Below, one piece after another: positions 35,938-50,856 of a stretch of DNA of 64,000 bases. The DNA lies in contig JASANG010000753.1 in the NCBI GenBank assembly GCA_030248215.1, positions 620,001-684,000 on the forward strand. Reading direction: 5' to 3'. The notes beneath the pieces are model-generated. The model searched no databases and had not been told where the DNA came from. It saw only the letters and a list, made by a program, of their open reading frames with translations. Numbering within the stretch: the first letter of the stretch is position 1; each line of letters begins with the position of its first letter. The translations under genes and the position numbers were made by a program. The stretch is from Enoplolaimus lenunculus (lineage: Eukaryota).

Positions 35938-36807
35938 CTTAGTATAATGACCTGCTCTGATAGATTTTTGCCTGAGGTACCGTTAGTAACTCTTATTTGT
36001 TGCGAAAGTTGTGAGCTTTAAGTGTTTGAAGTTTACAGCCATTTTCAAATCTACTTGTCCTTATAGTTATTTTTGTTACCTAATCTTAAATACTTCATTT
36101 CTGGATCAGGCAAAATTTTTAGGCTATATATTTAATACAATTACGCAATTATGAATAACCATCTGCAATTCCGCGGAACTGCAATAGAGTATTAGTTTAA
36201 GCTTTCGATTATTTTTCTATTTAGTTATAGCCTTTTACGTTAGGCTTGCAAATTTCCTAATACTAATGACCGTATTTTATATATTGCTATATTGGCCGTT
36301 TTAAAGTAGACAACTGGGAAAAAAATGAAAGTTGGAATTTTGCCCAACGAACTCTTTATGACAAATACCAGTATAATCAACAGTTTTAAAGATATGACGC
36401 CCGTGGAGGCATGTTTTTTATTGTCTGTCGGCAGTCACACGTTTTACCTCAACAACCTAGGGCACTGCGAACTGCATATGCACACAATTGCAGGTTGCAC
36501 TTTTATAAGCATCATCATTGTAAATGGTTTTAGTTGCTATTTTGCTTTGCTGTACGCAAACAAATTGTTTTCTTCGTGTATATTCTGAACGTTTAAACCT
36601 TGAACAGCGCCAGATTTGGCCATTAAAACGGGAGAATGAAGAAAACATCACACACACAGCAACCGTTTCGCACGCACACACAAGCGGCAAGGTTTTGCCA
36701 AAAATGCGTAAGGTCTTTTACTGTTCGGCACCTGTAAACCTTACAATTTGTGTAGTTAAAGCAAGCAAGCCAGTCCGGTTTATTGACTGAGGGATGACAA
36801 AAATTTT

Positions 36808-36985
36808 GGCCAATGTTGCTTTAAGGGGTGTAACAGCAAGTTAACGGAATTCCTAAGCCTAAGCCTAAACCTAAGCGTTGCAAAAATGTGTTCCTAAGTC
36901 TAAGCAGAAAATGTAATCTAGAATCTAAACCTACTCTTTCATAGACCCGCCAAAAACCTGGACGCCCCTTAAAGTAACATAGGCC
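36808..36985. mobile_element. Telomeric-repeat MITE (family A)
   Basis: TIRs GGCCAATGTTGCTTTAAGGGG / CCCCTTAAAGTAACATAGGCC, internal GCCTAA repeats, and AAAATTTT on both flanks. Confidence 0.85.
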
Positions 36986-37446
36986 AAAATTTTAGTAATG
37001 TAGAATTCTTTTAATATTGTCAAATTTTGGCCAAAATTACGAAAATCTTTTGGTGAGTGGGTGGCGGCGGTCTCTGCTACACACCCCGCAATCCCTGCGC
37101 TGACGGATGTAGAAGCATTTTTTCAAAAGAGTAACTTGGAAGTCGTCCGTCCATCCGTCAGAGTGGATAAATCATATTTTGCAGCTGGTTCATTACCAAA
37201 TTATAACGTTTAGTTTGTATTGTTCAAATCTCTTCTTACCCCTTGACAACTGCGAATCGAGTCAGGGTACCTGCCTGCAGTTCGGTTTGGTATAAAAGTT
37301 TTTGTAAGAATTATGAGTTATTCTGTGTTTCGTCGTTTTTGTTTTGATTTTGTTGCTTTTATTAATGTTTTGTTGCAAAATAATTCTGAATCGGTTTTTT
37401 CCGTTATTATCGATGTATGTAGGCAACCATCCAAATTGCATCAAAC

Positions 37447-38182
37447 CAGGGTGTAACTGGATATTCGTTTCCGGTAAAAATTGGTGTCCGTTTTCGTTAT
37501 AGAAATAACGTAAATTCTGTTAATTTTACGTTCAAAATTAGTTATGTATCACGTATATATCTCGCATCAGGGTACAATCGGAGGTCCGGCTCCGGCTCGG
37601 GTAGAATTTTTTCCGGAGGTTCCGGCAATTTCGGTAGTAAAACTTTGCATAATTTTTCTAAATTTATCTGTTTAGCGCGTTTTGGTTGACTTTTGTCACA
37701 ATTTTCATTAAAGAATTGCCGAAATTTTGCAAAAAATAGCGTGAAACCAAACAACTTAACAAGATTTTGCAGATATTGGCTAAAGTTATCTAATTAACCA
37801 TCATTTTTACTACTTAATTACGTCTCACCTCCGGCTCCGGCATGTTTCGTTGACCTTCGGCTCTGGCTCCGGTATTTTTCACGTCCAGTTGCACCCTGTC
37901 TCGCATGTTCAGTTTATAGATTAACTGTAACTGCAAATGTTCGAAATGAAATAAAAATTGCGAAATTAATCCAAAATCTTAAAAAATTCAGTGAATCCGC
38001 CATTTTTTTCTTTAAATAAATTTTTCAATAACCGGTGAATATCTGCACGCTTCAATTGTGTAGGTATGCAGAAGAAAGTAACATTTTGGAAATTTTTATA
38101 TTTCAATATCCGTTTTGCATTTCCGTTATTTTGACCGCTATCTGTTTCCGTTTTCGTTATTTTACTATCCGTTTACACCCTG
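37447..38182. mobile_element. Nested hAT-like MITEs (outer 37447-38182, inner 37568-37898)
   Basis: Outer: CAGGGTGTAA..TTACACCCTG with TSD CATCAAAC / TACCAAAC. Inner: CAGGGTACAA..TTGCACCCTG with perfect TSD TCTCGCAT. A relative of the inner element ends at ~11218. Confidence 0.85.
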
Positions 38183-38534
38183 TACCAAACTCCATGGTTT
38201 GCCTGATGTTTTGTATTCAAGCAATGTCAGATTTCTGTAATTAATATTGATGCAAGTTCGAGATTTGAGAAAACGGGCGGATACCACTGTGGGTTAATAG
38301 TTCCTGACAAGTCGTGTTATGCACCGAAACTTTCGAAATTTTGAATGAATTTCGTAATTATTTATTTCGTATCAAACAATTGCACCATATCTGCAATGAA
38401 AAATTACGAGATATTTACGTGATTTATAACTGATTTTGAACATAAAAGTGAACACGAATTTTTACCGGAAACGGAAATCGTTATCCGGTTTCATACTGCC
38501 CAGACCCTCTCGCTACCCGCTCTGATTCGGGATT

Positions 38535-39271
38535 TACGTTAAAACTGGGACAGCATGGGACATGCTTTGTCCCACGTTGATTCCACATCAAATATAGCAT
38601 TGGTAAACCAAATATAAGGTCAACAGACAACAACTGAATATCATTACCACACTCATATATACAAACCCCTGCTCTAGTATCAACTAAACAGACATGTATG
38701 CTAGTGTCATATGATATCAGAGAACATTATAGTGAATATCATATGATATTTCCAATTTAGTGCAAATATATACATAAACGGACAGCTGTATAACAACATA
38801 TGACACTCTGCGGACAATGATAACTGCTACTAAGCTCTTTGCTGGACTACTATAAAGCGCCATATCGAATTCTTCTGAGTACTCAAAATGACGCAATAAT
38901 TAATTTTATGCTGAATATATCAGACGGTTGAACTAAAGCTTAGATACTTAAGGTTTCTTACACACGTCTTTTGAGTCCGCCTGCGAATGTTATATGATAT
39001 GTCTTGTCTGTCAATATCATGACATTCGGCATAAACAATGCCTAAAAAATGTAATACATACGCAGACACCTGCCAAATTGTAATATGAGGCCGATAGGCA
39101 ACAAGGGGAATGTCATATGACATCAACATACAAAGGTCTGATCCGGTTATGGTATTTAGCAGACAAGTGCGGTTTTTTACAATGTGATATAGGGTTACTA
39201 ACCAGGACCAAATGCGACCCAATATTTTGATAGGAACAAATCGTGTCCCACGCTGCCCAAGTTTTAACGTG
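38535..39271. mobile_element. Non-autonomous TIR element, superfamily uncertain
   Basis: Ends ACGTTAAAACTGGGACAGCATGGGACA and TGTCCCACGCTGCCCAAGTTTTAACGT are imperfect inverted repeats. TCATATGA-like motifs recur internally. Confidence 0.6.
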
Positions 39272-39649
39272 AACCCCGCATGTAGTGAACGAAAACGTCT
39301 TCAGAGCGGCGAACGGCGTCCTTTCGTTCCTTTATAAGTTGCGACCTTGTTATTGTTGCTATCGGCGCTATGCAAGTGTGTACCCCAGACAAAATATTAT
39401 TTAAGCATTCTAAAGCCAACAACTGTGAATTTAAATAATTAACAATACAAAATTGAAAATTTAGAAGATATCTGGTCATTTAATATTATTTTTCGCCAAA
39501 ATTCTTCTGACGGCGGCTTACGCTCCTATGCTGCTAATCTGACCTCATTTGTACCTGCCCTCTCTGTTTTGATCCGAACCGAATGCGATAATCTAACGAC
39601 ACTAGCTTAAAAAGACGATCATACAATAACCAAAAATAATATATATATA

Positions 39650-39691
<42 letters not shown>

Positions 39692-40505
39692 CCTAATAAA
39701 ATTTGAGAACCTTTATTGTCTGCGGCTATGACTCTATTTTTCACAGTTTCGTTGTTTTGATTGTTAAATTAATATATTTTAAAGGTTGTTTAAAATTTCA
39801 ACTGAACAGAACAACAAATGATTTACCCTATTCAATCCACCATTGTGGCTCTGATCAAAGATAAAATTTTGTAGCAAATAATTTTGTTAATATTGCGACA
39901 GCTGAGCGCTAATTAAATTCGGTTTTAATCAGTGTAGCTTCGACCAAACACGGTAAACGTGTTAGTTTCTGATTGGTTCGTGACGATTGAAAAATTTATT
40001 CAGGTTTGCAAAATGTTCTAATTTAAATTTAGTCGTACTCTTTAGATTTCACTCAAGCTACAAGCGAACGATGTTTACACTGTGTAGCCGCAGAAGTGAC
40101 CAATTAGTCGGACAACCATAAAGATAAAATTACAGCAAGGAATTTGGCCTGGAGGTACGAAATTGCAATAGGGTGCCACGTGAAGCAATCCCCCGAACCT
40201 CACGATTGGGATATATGGGATATACCTGTAGTCCTGCACATGATCATTAAAATACTGGCGCGGGGGCTTTTATCGTCCCTGCGAAAATATTGCCACCCTT
40301 TGAAAATTTTCAACCTTGCTTGTAAACCATTGAAAACCCTTGTATGTCTCTCCTGAAAAGTGTTTAGCCCCGTAGCAAGGTCAGCTGACTACGGGCCTGA
40401 TTCTCGCTCGAGTCACTCGCATAGTTTCATTCACAATGTTTGTCGTCTCTGTCTTGGTTTCGTGATTTCTATAACGGTTTTTTCATCATCCTAAAACTGT
40501 CGGTA

Positions 40506-40714
40506 CACTGTAAAAAACACTGAGTCAAATTGACTCTCTCCGAAACAGGCTCTACGGGACTACACAAACTGAGTCAAATTCGACTCCACCAGAGTCAAAC
40601 GTGCGACTTAGTGAGTTGAATTTGACTCTGGTGGAGTTGAATTTAACTCAGTTTGTGTAGTCCCGTAGAGCCTATTTCGGAGAGAGTCAATTTGACTCAC
40701 CATTTTTTGCAGTG
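40506..40714. mobile_element. CACTG-ended (CMC/EnSpm-like) palindromic MITE, GAGTCAAATT family; other copies at 35743-35931, 42217-42448, 42468-42601, 43179-43375, ~52222 (partial) and 63871 to window end
   Basis: CACTG...CAGTG ends, long imperfect internal symmetry and 2-bp TSD (TA, or TG at 35743). Confidence 0.85.
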
Positions 40715-41433
40715 TAACGCAAAAACGTTTGGGGTCGATAGAATACATTTAATGCGAATAATTCGTCTAATGTCTGGTTCGTTTCGTTCTCGAGGTTTTC
40801 TTCACTATTCCTATTATTCATCTGGTTCGACTGGCCTTAATATTTTGGATGTTCATGCCGCAATACGCCAAAAGCCGATATGGGCGAAACCAAAAAAACT
40901 AACTGTTCACTGAGCTGATACTAAACCAAAAGTTTGCAACGGGCCCGTAGCCAAGGAAGGGCCAGGGGGATCAGCCCCCTGGAGGAATTTTGGTCGCCCG
41001 TGCTGGAGAATTTTCAACCTTGCTTGTGACTCGTTCAAAGCCATTGAATGCCCGTCATGGAAAGTTTTCAACCCCCCCCCTCCTTGCAAGGTGAGTTAGC
41101 TACTTGCTTGCATTACAATCAGATTTAGTACTAAAATTGCGTTTGGCTTTTCGCTCGTTTCGTTTTCGAGGTTTTTTGAGCTGCAACATACTTCAAAATT
41201 TTTCCGGTCTTTCCGCTGAGATTGTGTGCTGGGTGTTCTGTTTTAATAAAAGTATTACACATATGTGAAATTTGAAAGAAAACGGATAGCGTCACACTGT
41301 AGTTGGCCCCCAGCAAGTTTGCACCCAACGCGCCACCTAGAGCCCGGTTGAGACGATCCTATCCCTAGATTCAGAGTTTCCACCCTGGAATAGTCTACAA
41401 GTAACAGTGAAGTATGTTGGCGTGTAAGGTTTA

Positions 41434-41617
41434 GGGTGGCGCTATATCAGTCGTCCGGTGTCGTCCGGAGCCGGCCGTTACCATACGGTATCGTACATGA
41501 GTAATTCACGTACGATCCACTATGTGACCGACAGTGACGGTCGGTGTCCTACGACAAACGTACGGTGACGGACGGCGACGGCCGGCGCCGGACGTCATCA
41601 AAAGTACAGCGCCACCG
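41434..41617. mobile_element. PIF/Harbinger-like MITE; related pieces at ~50504-50655 and ~57085-57126
   Basis: TIRs GGGTGGCGCTATA / TACAGCGCCACCG with TTA on both sides. Confidence 0.7.
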
Positions 41618-43817
41618 TTATCCGGTTAAATTCGGCAGGTTTTTTGCAATTGTAATGTTTCAGAGTTTAATTTAAATTGTTTTCCGCTGCATATTTTATG
41701 ATTACTTTACAGGCACATTTTTTTACATTTTATAGCAAATAAATGAAAAATATCGTGTATTGGCAGTATTATTATTTGCGGTTTCTGCGCTTCTGTTTGA
41801 ATGTTTTTCGTTCGCCAACTGTTGTTACAATAAAATCATGACAACAAAACAATTTTGAGACATCCTGGAGACCGTCTGTTTTAAAATGAGTCAAATTTTC
41901 GGGATATAGATTTTAAAATGCATTTTCGTTTAATATTTGGTCGCCAGTGGCGTGTGCAGAAGGATGGGCCCAAGGGGTGTGGACCCACCACTGCTCATAA
42001 GACCGAGTTTAAAATGAAGCTATGTGAACTATAGTTAATAAATGCAGTAATAGCAATTATATGTTTGATCGCATAACTGTCACTCAACCCCACGTTATGA
42101 TCTCCCTGGAGCCACCCATTCTATTTTTTGCACATACCCCTGGGACGTGTAGCTATTTTTTTGATATTTGGCTTTGCTGTCTTCTATAAAAAATTTTCTG
42201 GTCGCTGTGCTTAGTACACTGCAAAAAATCGTGAGTCAAATTGATTCTTTCCGAAAGACGCTTTTCCGGACTACACAAACTGAGTCAAAATTCGACTCCG
42301 CCAGAGTTAAATTCGATTCCGCCGGAGTCAAATGTGCGACATAGTGAGTCGAATTTGACTCTGGTGGAGTCGAATTTTGTCCCAGTTTGTGTAGTCCGGA
42401 AAAGCTTACGTCAGAGACAGTCAATTTGACTCACAATTGTTTGCAGTGTATTAGTAAAGCTTTAATACACTACAAGGTGAGTCAAATTGACTCTCTCCGA
42501 AATAGGCTCTATGACACTGCACAAAGTGAGTCAAATTCGAATCCACCGGAATCAAAGCCTATTTCGGAAAGAGTCAATTTGACTCACCATTTTTTGCAGT
42601 GTAGCAATCATTCTGAATACGGACGTACCCAGTATTTCATATCGGTGGGGGTATATTTTCGTGTAAAAAATTGTTGTGTCCAGTAGAGACATCGAACGAG
42701 AACATACGTCAGTGATCTGGCTAGGTATTCGAATGCATTTAAAACCTGTTATTTTTCGTTTCTGCAAAAATTTGGCCGGATTATATCCCTTTGTCACCCC
42801 CGTGTATGAGCCTCTATCGCTGAGTGGTCGGTCATTTCCGGGTTTATAAAACCCTGCTTTGTTTTCAAGAGCCCTTGGTGCGCCAGGGACAGTTGAGCTG
42901 TTCACAATTCTCGGGCACCAAAATGGAATTTTATGGTGCCATACACAGAGTTTACACCAAATGTCGCGGTTGTCCACAGTGAATAACTCGATACAGACCA
43001 GTGTAGAGTTTTTGTTAGGTAATAAAGGTGGTTTGTGGGAATTTTCGCTACAAATCAAATGTGAATCACATTTGAACCAGAATGATTTTTGTTCTATTGA
43101 ATTTAACTCTTACCGACTTATTTACACAGGATAATGCTTAGGTTTACGCTGAGGTAAGTTTAGACTTAACCATAAGTACACTGCAAAAAATAGTGCGGCA
43201 AATTGGCTCTCTCCGAAATAGGCTCTACATGACAACACATATTGAGTCAAAATCGACTACGTCAAAGTCAAATTCGACTCACTGAGCCGCAGTGGAGTCG
43301 AATTTGGCTCAGTATGTGTAGTCCCGTATAGCCTCTTTCGGAAAGAGTCAAGTTGACTCACCAGTTTTTGCAGTGTAAATACCATTTCTCGCAAACCTAA
43401 ACCTAAGCCTGAGTCTAAAGCCTAATCCTGTAGAAAAAGTGAACGGGAACCACGGAACTGTCTCGTTCATCTCAATAGAATTCGGCCTCCCACGGAAATG
43501 TTTATTACACTTTCAGGGTCTGAGTGAAATTCTGGTCACAACTTATAATCATTGTGTTGGCATCGGTCAACTCAATGACTTGAGTACCAAAACGCGGGCT
43601 CATATTTATTATAGGGGTATGTCTACTGGAGACATGGGTGACCCTGTAGCCAAGGGAAAGACATCCGGCTAAGCGCCCTTTGAAAAATGTTAGCACCCCT
43701 AGAAAATTTTAAACTTTGCTTGTAAGTCAACGAATATCCTTGAGTGCACCTCCTGATAATTTTTAGCGCCCCTATCAAGGTGAGCTGGATACGAGCTTGG
43801 ACAGGGGGACATAGGGA

Positions 43818-44084
43818 CCCTTTAACTCATATAGTATACTATGAGCAGCTAAATACAAATGATAAATCAGCAACACAGACACTGTGAGCAGTGTTTAATA
43901 AATTCTAACATATGTGCAGTGCAAAATCTCTACAGGACGTCAGAGACTCCTCGGGCTTGAGCGTCAAGCTCCTATAGCTCAGTGGTCGTCGTAAACGCCT
44001 CCCACCCGAGAGACTGGGAATCGAATCATAAGTACCTTGAAAGCCCATCTCACTTGAAATTGAAAATATTCATGTGAGAAAGGG
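43818..44084. mobile_element. piggyBac-like MITE with tRNA-like segment, copy 2
   Basis: Ends ...CATGTGAGAAAGGG followed by TTAA; colinear with 13060-13326. Left TTAA not preserved. Confidence 0.7.
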
Positions 44085-47000
44085 TTAATTGAAAAATTCT
44101 CAGTTAGTATCTTTAATGGAAAAATTTTCAGTTAGTATCTCTAATAACAGAAAACTTTAAGCCACTCTGGATTCTCAATCCGAGTGGAGCTGACTCCGGT
44201 GGAGTTGACTAAATTGATCCAAATTGAGGTGAATCAACTCAAAATTGTGAGTTCTGATAGTTCTAACTCAGACTGAGTGGTTCAACTCATTCTGAATTGA
44301 TTTCAACTCACTGAAATTTACAGAGTAGGTTGTGCGTGGTGCAAAATATATCCGTTGTGTTGTTGCCCTACCCCTACACTTCCGAGGGCAGGGTCGATAT
44401 AAAATATAATACACTTGAAGCATATGAAAAATAATAATCATTTTCGAGAATTAGTATATATACTTTCTGAGTTTGCGCAAATTTCAATCCCCCCATTCTA
44501 AAACTGGTGGGTAGACAAAAAACGCAACTCACGCTGACTACATTCTTTTGTACACGGAATGGTATGTTCTGTTGCAAACACAGTGTAAATTCCAATGAGT
44601 TGATTAATCAATTCAGCTAGCGAGTTGGTTATTTCTGAATTAATACCAGTAAACATTAACTCACTCTCAGTTGCTCATTAATTGACTCAGAATGAACTGA
44701 ATCAACTCATTCTGAATTAAAATCAACTCATTGAAACTTACAGTGCACTCATGTTCAAAGTGGTCATTAACCACTCTTGTTTCAATTATTGCCAAGAGGT
44801 TGTATGGCTTTGTATGTTTTGGCCAACTCAAAATTTTTTCGGTTTTGCCCAACCGAACTGTGGTTTTTAGCGTAAAACATCGTTAAGTTTATTTACTTTC
44901 AAATATTCGATATTGAATGTAATTTGAACCTTGTATCTCCTGAGTGTAAAATTGTATGTCTTGGTTTGGTTTCAATTATTGAAACGACATTTTCAATATT
45001 CAAGTTTTACACCGGAATGTATCGGAATGCAAGAGCGTTTACAGTCCAAAGTGGTTGCTATAGCTATATTTACATTAACATTCTTTAATGTACACGGTAA
45101 ATACTGATGAGAGTTGAATAATTGTCAACTAAGAGAGAAAATTAGTTTATTTCTGAGTTAATAGCAATAAATATTAGTTCACTTTAGAACTGATTTAGAA
45201 TTTTGAGTTCTGAAAGACGTAATTCAAACGTCAGACTTGTGTATGGATTCAACTCATTCTGAGTTAAAATTAACTCACTGGAATGATATACAGTGTACGC
45301 AGTTCAACAAAGCGCTGTATAGTGTTTTTTAGAAAAAACTTAATAACACAAACAAATAGTGTCCAAGAGGCGTAATAGTGGCATGCATAAGCACACTTTA
45401 AATTCTAATGAGAGTTGATTGATCAATTCAGCTAGGAAATTAATAGTTACTTATGAGTTAAACTCAGCAAACATTAACTCATTCAGAGTTGAGCTGATTC
45501 TCACTGTGAGTTAATTTCGAACGAGCTGACTAATTAACTCGTAATGAGTTGAGTCAACTCAGATTTTTTAGTTCTGACCGCCTAGCTCAGACTGAATGGA
45601 GTCAGCTTATTCTAAGATAAAATCAGCTTACTGAAATTTACAGTAAGCAGTGTCTACATTATACAAATTTTGTCATGACGTGGTGTAGGCTATGGTCGTC
45701 TGGACCCATTGTCTCCCTGACGACCCTAGAGCTTATTCGCGATTTTTTCAATATTTTAAGCGTATATAAGCATTAAAAAACGTTTTGACGTACACCATTT
45801 TTAGCTGATCCGTGCGTCAGTCTGTCACGAAAATTTTGTTGAATTTTTAGCTGTCAGTGTTTTACTGACACTCGTTTGCAGTTCTTGTGTGCCATGCAGG
45901 GTCGTATAAAAATGACCGTGTAAGGGGTTAATATATCTCGTTCCGAAATTTCCGAACACATAGGATTGAAGCACTTTTAACTGGACTTAGAATAACTTTC
46001 TAGATGTTTAAAGGTTAAAATTTTTTATGGTTAAAGTATACCCTCGAGAAATATCGTTCTGGTTACGCCACTTGTGCCGCGTGGGTTCAAATCCGATTCG
46101 AGCGGCTAGAACTCAGCCTGGGGGGGTGGTTATAATGCAGAACCTCTCCCCCCTGTTGGGTAATTTTGTAAAATAATTTTTAGATACTGGTTAAGTTTGT
46201 AACATAAGAAATTTTGCCTTCGAAATTTTAATATAGCTTAACCTCGCTTGCTCTAAAATCCTGGTTATGCCCATGATTCGTGGGTGCAGACGGTGCCCTG
46301 AAATTTAAGGAGAGAACTTTCAAGGTTGACAGCGCAGCGTTTTGACCGATTAGGTCAAAATGTTATGCCCCAGCAAATATTCTTTTTGACATGTTTATGT
46401 AATTTTTGGTAGACTTTGGTTTAACGGCTTGTATGGTTACAGTTTGAGCTGTGGGTGGAGTTATTTTTTAATGCTGAGTAAATTGAAATACTCTTTGATT
46501 TTTCAATCTTTAAATTTGAATACCAACGTGAACTACGATTGAAACTTTGGTTACCGTTCAACTGCATTTTGAAGTACCCTGTGCAATATAAACAATCCTC
46601 AATAGTGCGGTCAATGTAAAGAACAAAGGCGGAACATAATTTTATATGCATACTCCTGAGCCTAAGCCTAAGCCTAAGCGTAAGCGTCAGAATGAGCATA
46701 TTTCTACGCCTAAGCCTAAGCCTAAGCCAAAGCAAAAAATAGTCTAAAGCTTAAGCTAACTCTATTGCAGTCCCACAGAAAAACGTTCCGTCCTTGATCT
46801 TTACTTGAGCCACACTGCTGGTAAACATGGCACAAGATTGGCTGAACGCGTTAAAAAATTTAAACTTTGTCACACGGTAGCAGTATACCAGTAATTATTT
46901 ATTAGTTTTTAATAGGAAATAGAACAACGCAATTAATTCTACTCAAAACGCTGAGTTCATTTCAATACATTCATAACTTGGTACACATTTATAAGACACA

Positions 47001-47569
47001 AATTGCTTACTTTCAACACTTAATTGTCTTAAATTTAAAAACTGTTTGGGGTCGGGTTTAATGTATGTCAACTGGTTCGTTCGTTTCGATTCTTAAAGAC
47101 ACTAGTCGAAATAAACGCGTAATTCAGGTTAAACTGATGCTAACATAACTGATATATGTGCGCCTTGGACGTGTCTTAGGTTGTAAACTCGGCGATTTAG
47201 CTGAGTTTCAGCACACTGAATCGAACTTTGCATTGTGGATAAATCTTTATAATTATGATGTATTCAAAATTTGGTAAAATGATAACGTAAATTTTCTCAT
47301 CTTCAATTTTGAAATGACAACACAATTCTGGATACGTTTTTCAGGAAATTTTTTTAAAATTTCAGGTTTGGAATACAAGACAAATGTGTCCGGAGGCTGA
47401 TACAATACAAATGTCTTAAGATTCAGACAATATTTCTTTTAATACAAGACAAATTGTTTTGTGTACACAAAAATTAGGCTTACAGAACTCTGTCTCGTTA
47501 TAATTATATTAGTGCAGTAATTTCCCGTGGAATAACATGTTTTTCGTTAGCTTTACTGTTATCGACTAG

Positions 47570-47765
47570 GGCCCACGTATAGAACAGAGCCAGATCGTTT
47601 TCCGGAGGGGCTATAATAGAGTCAGTTTAAGCTTTAGACTATTTTTTGCTTAGACTTTGGTTTAGGCTTAGGCTTGTGCTCATCTATACGCTTAGGCTTA
47701 GGCTTAGGCTTTAGGCTGAGTAATATGCTTATACTACGGTACCGGCCCTGTTCTATACGCGGGCC
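47570..47765. mobile_element. Telomeric-repeat MITE (family B); further copies at ~46609-46811, ~49130-49340, ~59377-59566, ~60709-60898, ~62480-62637 and 63190-63365
   Basis: TIRs GGCCCACGTATAGAACAG / CTGTTCTATACGCGGGCC, shared internal TTAAGCTTTAGACTATTTTTTGCT block, then (TTAGGC)n. Confidence 0.85.
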
Positions 47766-50700
47766 TCGATAGGCGAGGGTTATTTTGTTGTCAAGCCTAC
47801 AAAATGCTGCTTGTAGTTCGAAAACTAACTACGAAAGCGTTTCAGGCTTTTTCTGCGGCAACAACAAAATAATTTGCCTGTACTTAGAGTCATTTTTGCT
47901 GACATTTTCGTTGTGATACCGGAACTAATTTGTCCCTACAATTTTCACTGTATAACCATTGTCAAATTTTTGACAGACCACAGGAATTTCATTTCGGAAG
48001 GGTATATTAACGTTTAAGTAAAAGCTTTTGACAAGAACCAACGTTGCGAACGAGACTATAAATTTGACTGTTAGTATCCAGCACAGGTTTTTTAAACCTA
48101 TTAAAAGCGACTTGGTGTTGTCTTGTCAGAAATTTCGGGGTCATAACCCATTTATCTTCCTTAAAATACCAGCCATATGACACAACTGTTACAGGAAACT
48201 CTTAAAGTTTTACAAGGTTAAAAGTACAGCCAATGAGAAATTACGTGTAATTTATCAAAATTATAGATTTATACAATTCTACAGTTGACTAAAAATGTTT
48301 CTAAGTTAGCGTTGACAGTACTTTTGCGTTAAAATTCTTCACGGCTCTTGTAAACTTTCCACCCCAGACACGCTTAGACTCAGGCTTTCGCTTAGGTTAA
48401 ATGCTTGCTTATACCTAAAGCCTAAGATTTTGCCTAAACCTTAATATCCTTAAATATGCGTAAAAGCAACGAAGTGTACATGAGCCTTTATATTCGTTTC
48501 AAAACCTAAACTGTTGATAGATGCTGCACACACAGTTATTAATCCCATCCGATACTCTGAATGAGTTCTGCCTTATAGTTCTAATGCTAATCAGACTAAA
48601 TGTTGTGTTTACTCTGCGTTTGAAATTTTAATAAGCCAAAATTCAATTTTTAAATTTTATTCAAAAGATATTCAAACTCATAGTTCCATGAAATGAAATA
48701 TTAATAATGGCCTGATTCGAACAAATATAGGCACAAATATCGAAAAATATATAGCGAGAGCGTGGCAGAAGCGGTTAATCACGACCCTGCGGCCCTTATG
48801 GCGGCGGAATCGTTTGAGACTTGGCGTAAAAAGCTGTAACTACGAAAGCCACACAGTTGTTATCGAGCACAGATTAATTGTATAGATTTTGCAGAACGTT
48901 TCATAACGAACAACATTTTCGATTATAATAATTTTAGAAAAATGCATTTCTGCGAACACAAATGTGCAATATTAATTATTAGCTAAGTATTAATTTTGCC
49001 AAACTTTTATAATTTTGTCGCTCAGAAAAATTGTGCAATTCAGAGAGCATTGGCTAAGCTGGTTCACAACCGTTTGATATTCTACTCGCAAAAGTCTACG
49101 CTAGCATATTAATTAATTTTTGCATGACCCATGTAAAAGATCAGGGGTGTAACGTTTTTCTATGATACTAAAATAGAATAAGCTTAAGCTTTAGTCTTAT
49201 TTTTTGCTAGGTTTAGGCTTATGAATAAATCATTCATACGCTTAGGCTTAGGCGTAGGATTAGACTTAGGCTTAGGCATTTAGGCTTAGGCTTAGGAATA
49301 AGCTGATAATACTGTTCCGCCCTTACTCTTTACATCGGCCATGCTTTGTACGGCCGCGTTTGGTGCCGTACGGGGCGTACGACAAATATAGCACTGCCAT
49401 GACTGAGATAACTACTAAAGTAGAACAACTGAGAAGACGTCAAGCTTACCTGAGCCTACTCCGAAAGTTCTTTGGTGTACGGCAACCATCAGGGACACCT
49501 TTCAGACAACCGGTACAACCTTGAATTCAGCAGTGACAATGACTCCGTAGCCAGCTCAACATGCAAGGTGATCGTAGTATTTTGCGCGGATCAACCAGTT
49601 GATTTCTCAAGACTTACAGAAAACTTTTTAGAGAGAACCAAAATTTTTCCAGGGGTCGAAGCGTCACTTGCCCCTCTGTGACTACGGCCATGTATGGAAG
49701 ATGATTCACGGCTTCGAAAACAAGCGTCCAAAGTTGGTTTGGGGGCAAACGAACTAAAGCATAGCCGTTAGCAGGCTTCGGTTTTAAAAGTGAAACTATC
49801 TTTGTTTAATTCGTCGGATTTATTATAAAGATTAATCTATATTCAAAAAAGCAATTCACTTGAGTATGAGACTATTAATATCGTTTTGAACTAAAATGTA
49901 AATCAACTGGAAAGAAAAGCTTAAAATTGTGACGTAAAAGTTGTGTTTTTTTTGCGTAAATTTGAAACTTCTCGCTGTCTCTCGTTTGATTGGCTGACGT
50001 GATGAGGTTTTGTAGATTGTAGCATTCCGGAAGTATGATTGGGTTTTTGATTTGCTTGCTGTGTCGAAATATAACTCACTTTGTTGTTAGACCAGGCAAG
50101 CTTATATAGGCGATCTTGAAACCTATTTTCAAAATCTATTCATAGGCACTCTCTAGTTTGAGTGATTAAAGCTGTAGAATCATATATATGTCGTAGGCCA
50201 ATCTGCTATTTAGGCCAATTACGAATTGTCCTAGGCCAATGTGCTATTTTGCGTAAACAGCAGTTTCGCCAGGAGACTGGACTGCTATTAAACTTATAGA
50301 CCAATCAGATTTGATTATTTGAACAGACGCAATACCGTTAACCAATCAACGTTGGTTTTACAACACTGTTGTTTTTCAGCATCTTACAATCGATATTTGG
50401 CCTAGGCCGATCTGCTATTTGCTCGCAGTAGCATACTGGCCTACGCCAATTGGTAATTGGCCTGAATAGCAGATTGGCCTACGACATATATATCGTAATT
50501 CTAAGGGCGGTATCACTTGTCGTCCGTCGCCGTCCGTTGAAGTCCGGGACTTTGTCTCATCGTCCGTAAACCGTACGAAATCGGATGCACAGTAACGTAC
50601 GGCGACAGACGTTGACGTACGGTACCGGATGTCATCAAAAGTATAGCGCCACCTTAAACTCTGTCAGGTTCAACCAAAGTCTTCGACTGCATTTTACTAC

Positions 50701-50856
50701 AATCTGATACTGTTTTCACAACTACCGTCAAATTCGACACGCAGATCAGGTATTTCAGAGTTGTTTTGAATTTCAGATCGTTTATTGTTTATGATATACC
50801 AACAATCCTTTCAATAGCCGTAAAATTCTCCAAAAGAGTTCCTTGTTTATTGTTTT

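Noticed and set aside
42236..43134. Cluster of overlapping 60-170-aa ORFs
   Set aside because: They overlap palindromic CACTG MITEs and other repeats; no recognisable domain or splice structure.
43968..44030. Functional tRNA gene
   Set aside because: A/B-box-like motifs are present but no acceptor stem closes and the copies diverge; treated as a tRNA-derived part of a MITE.
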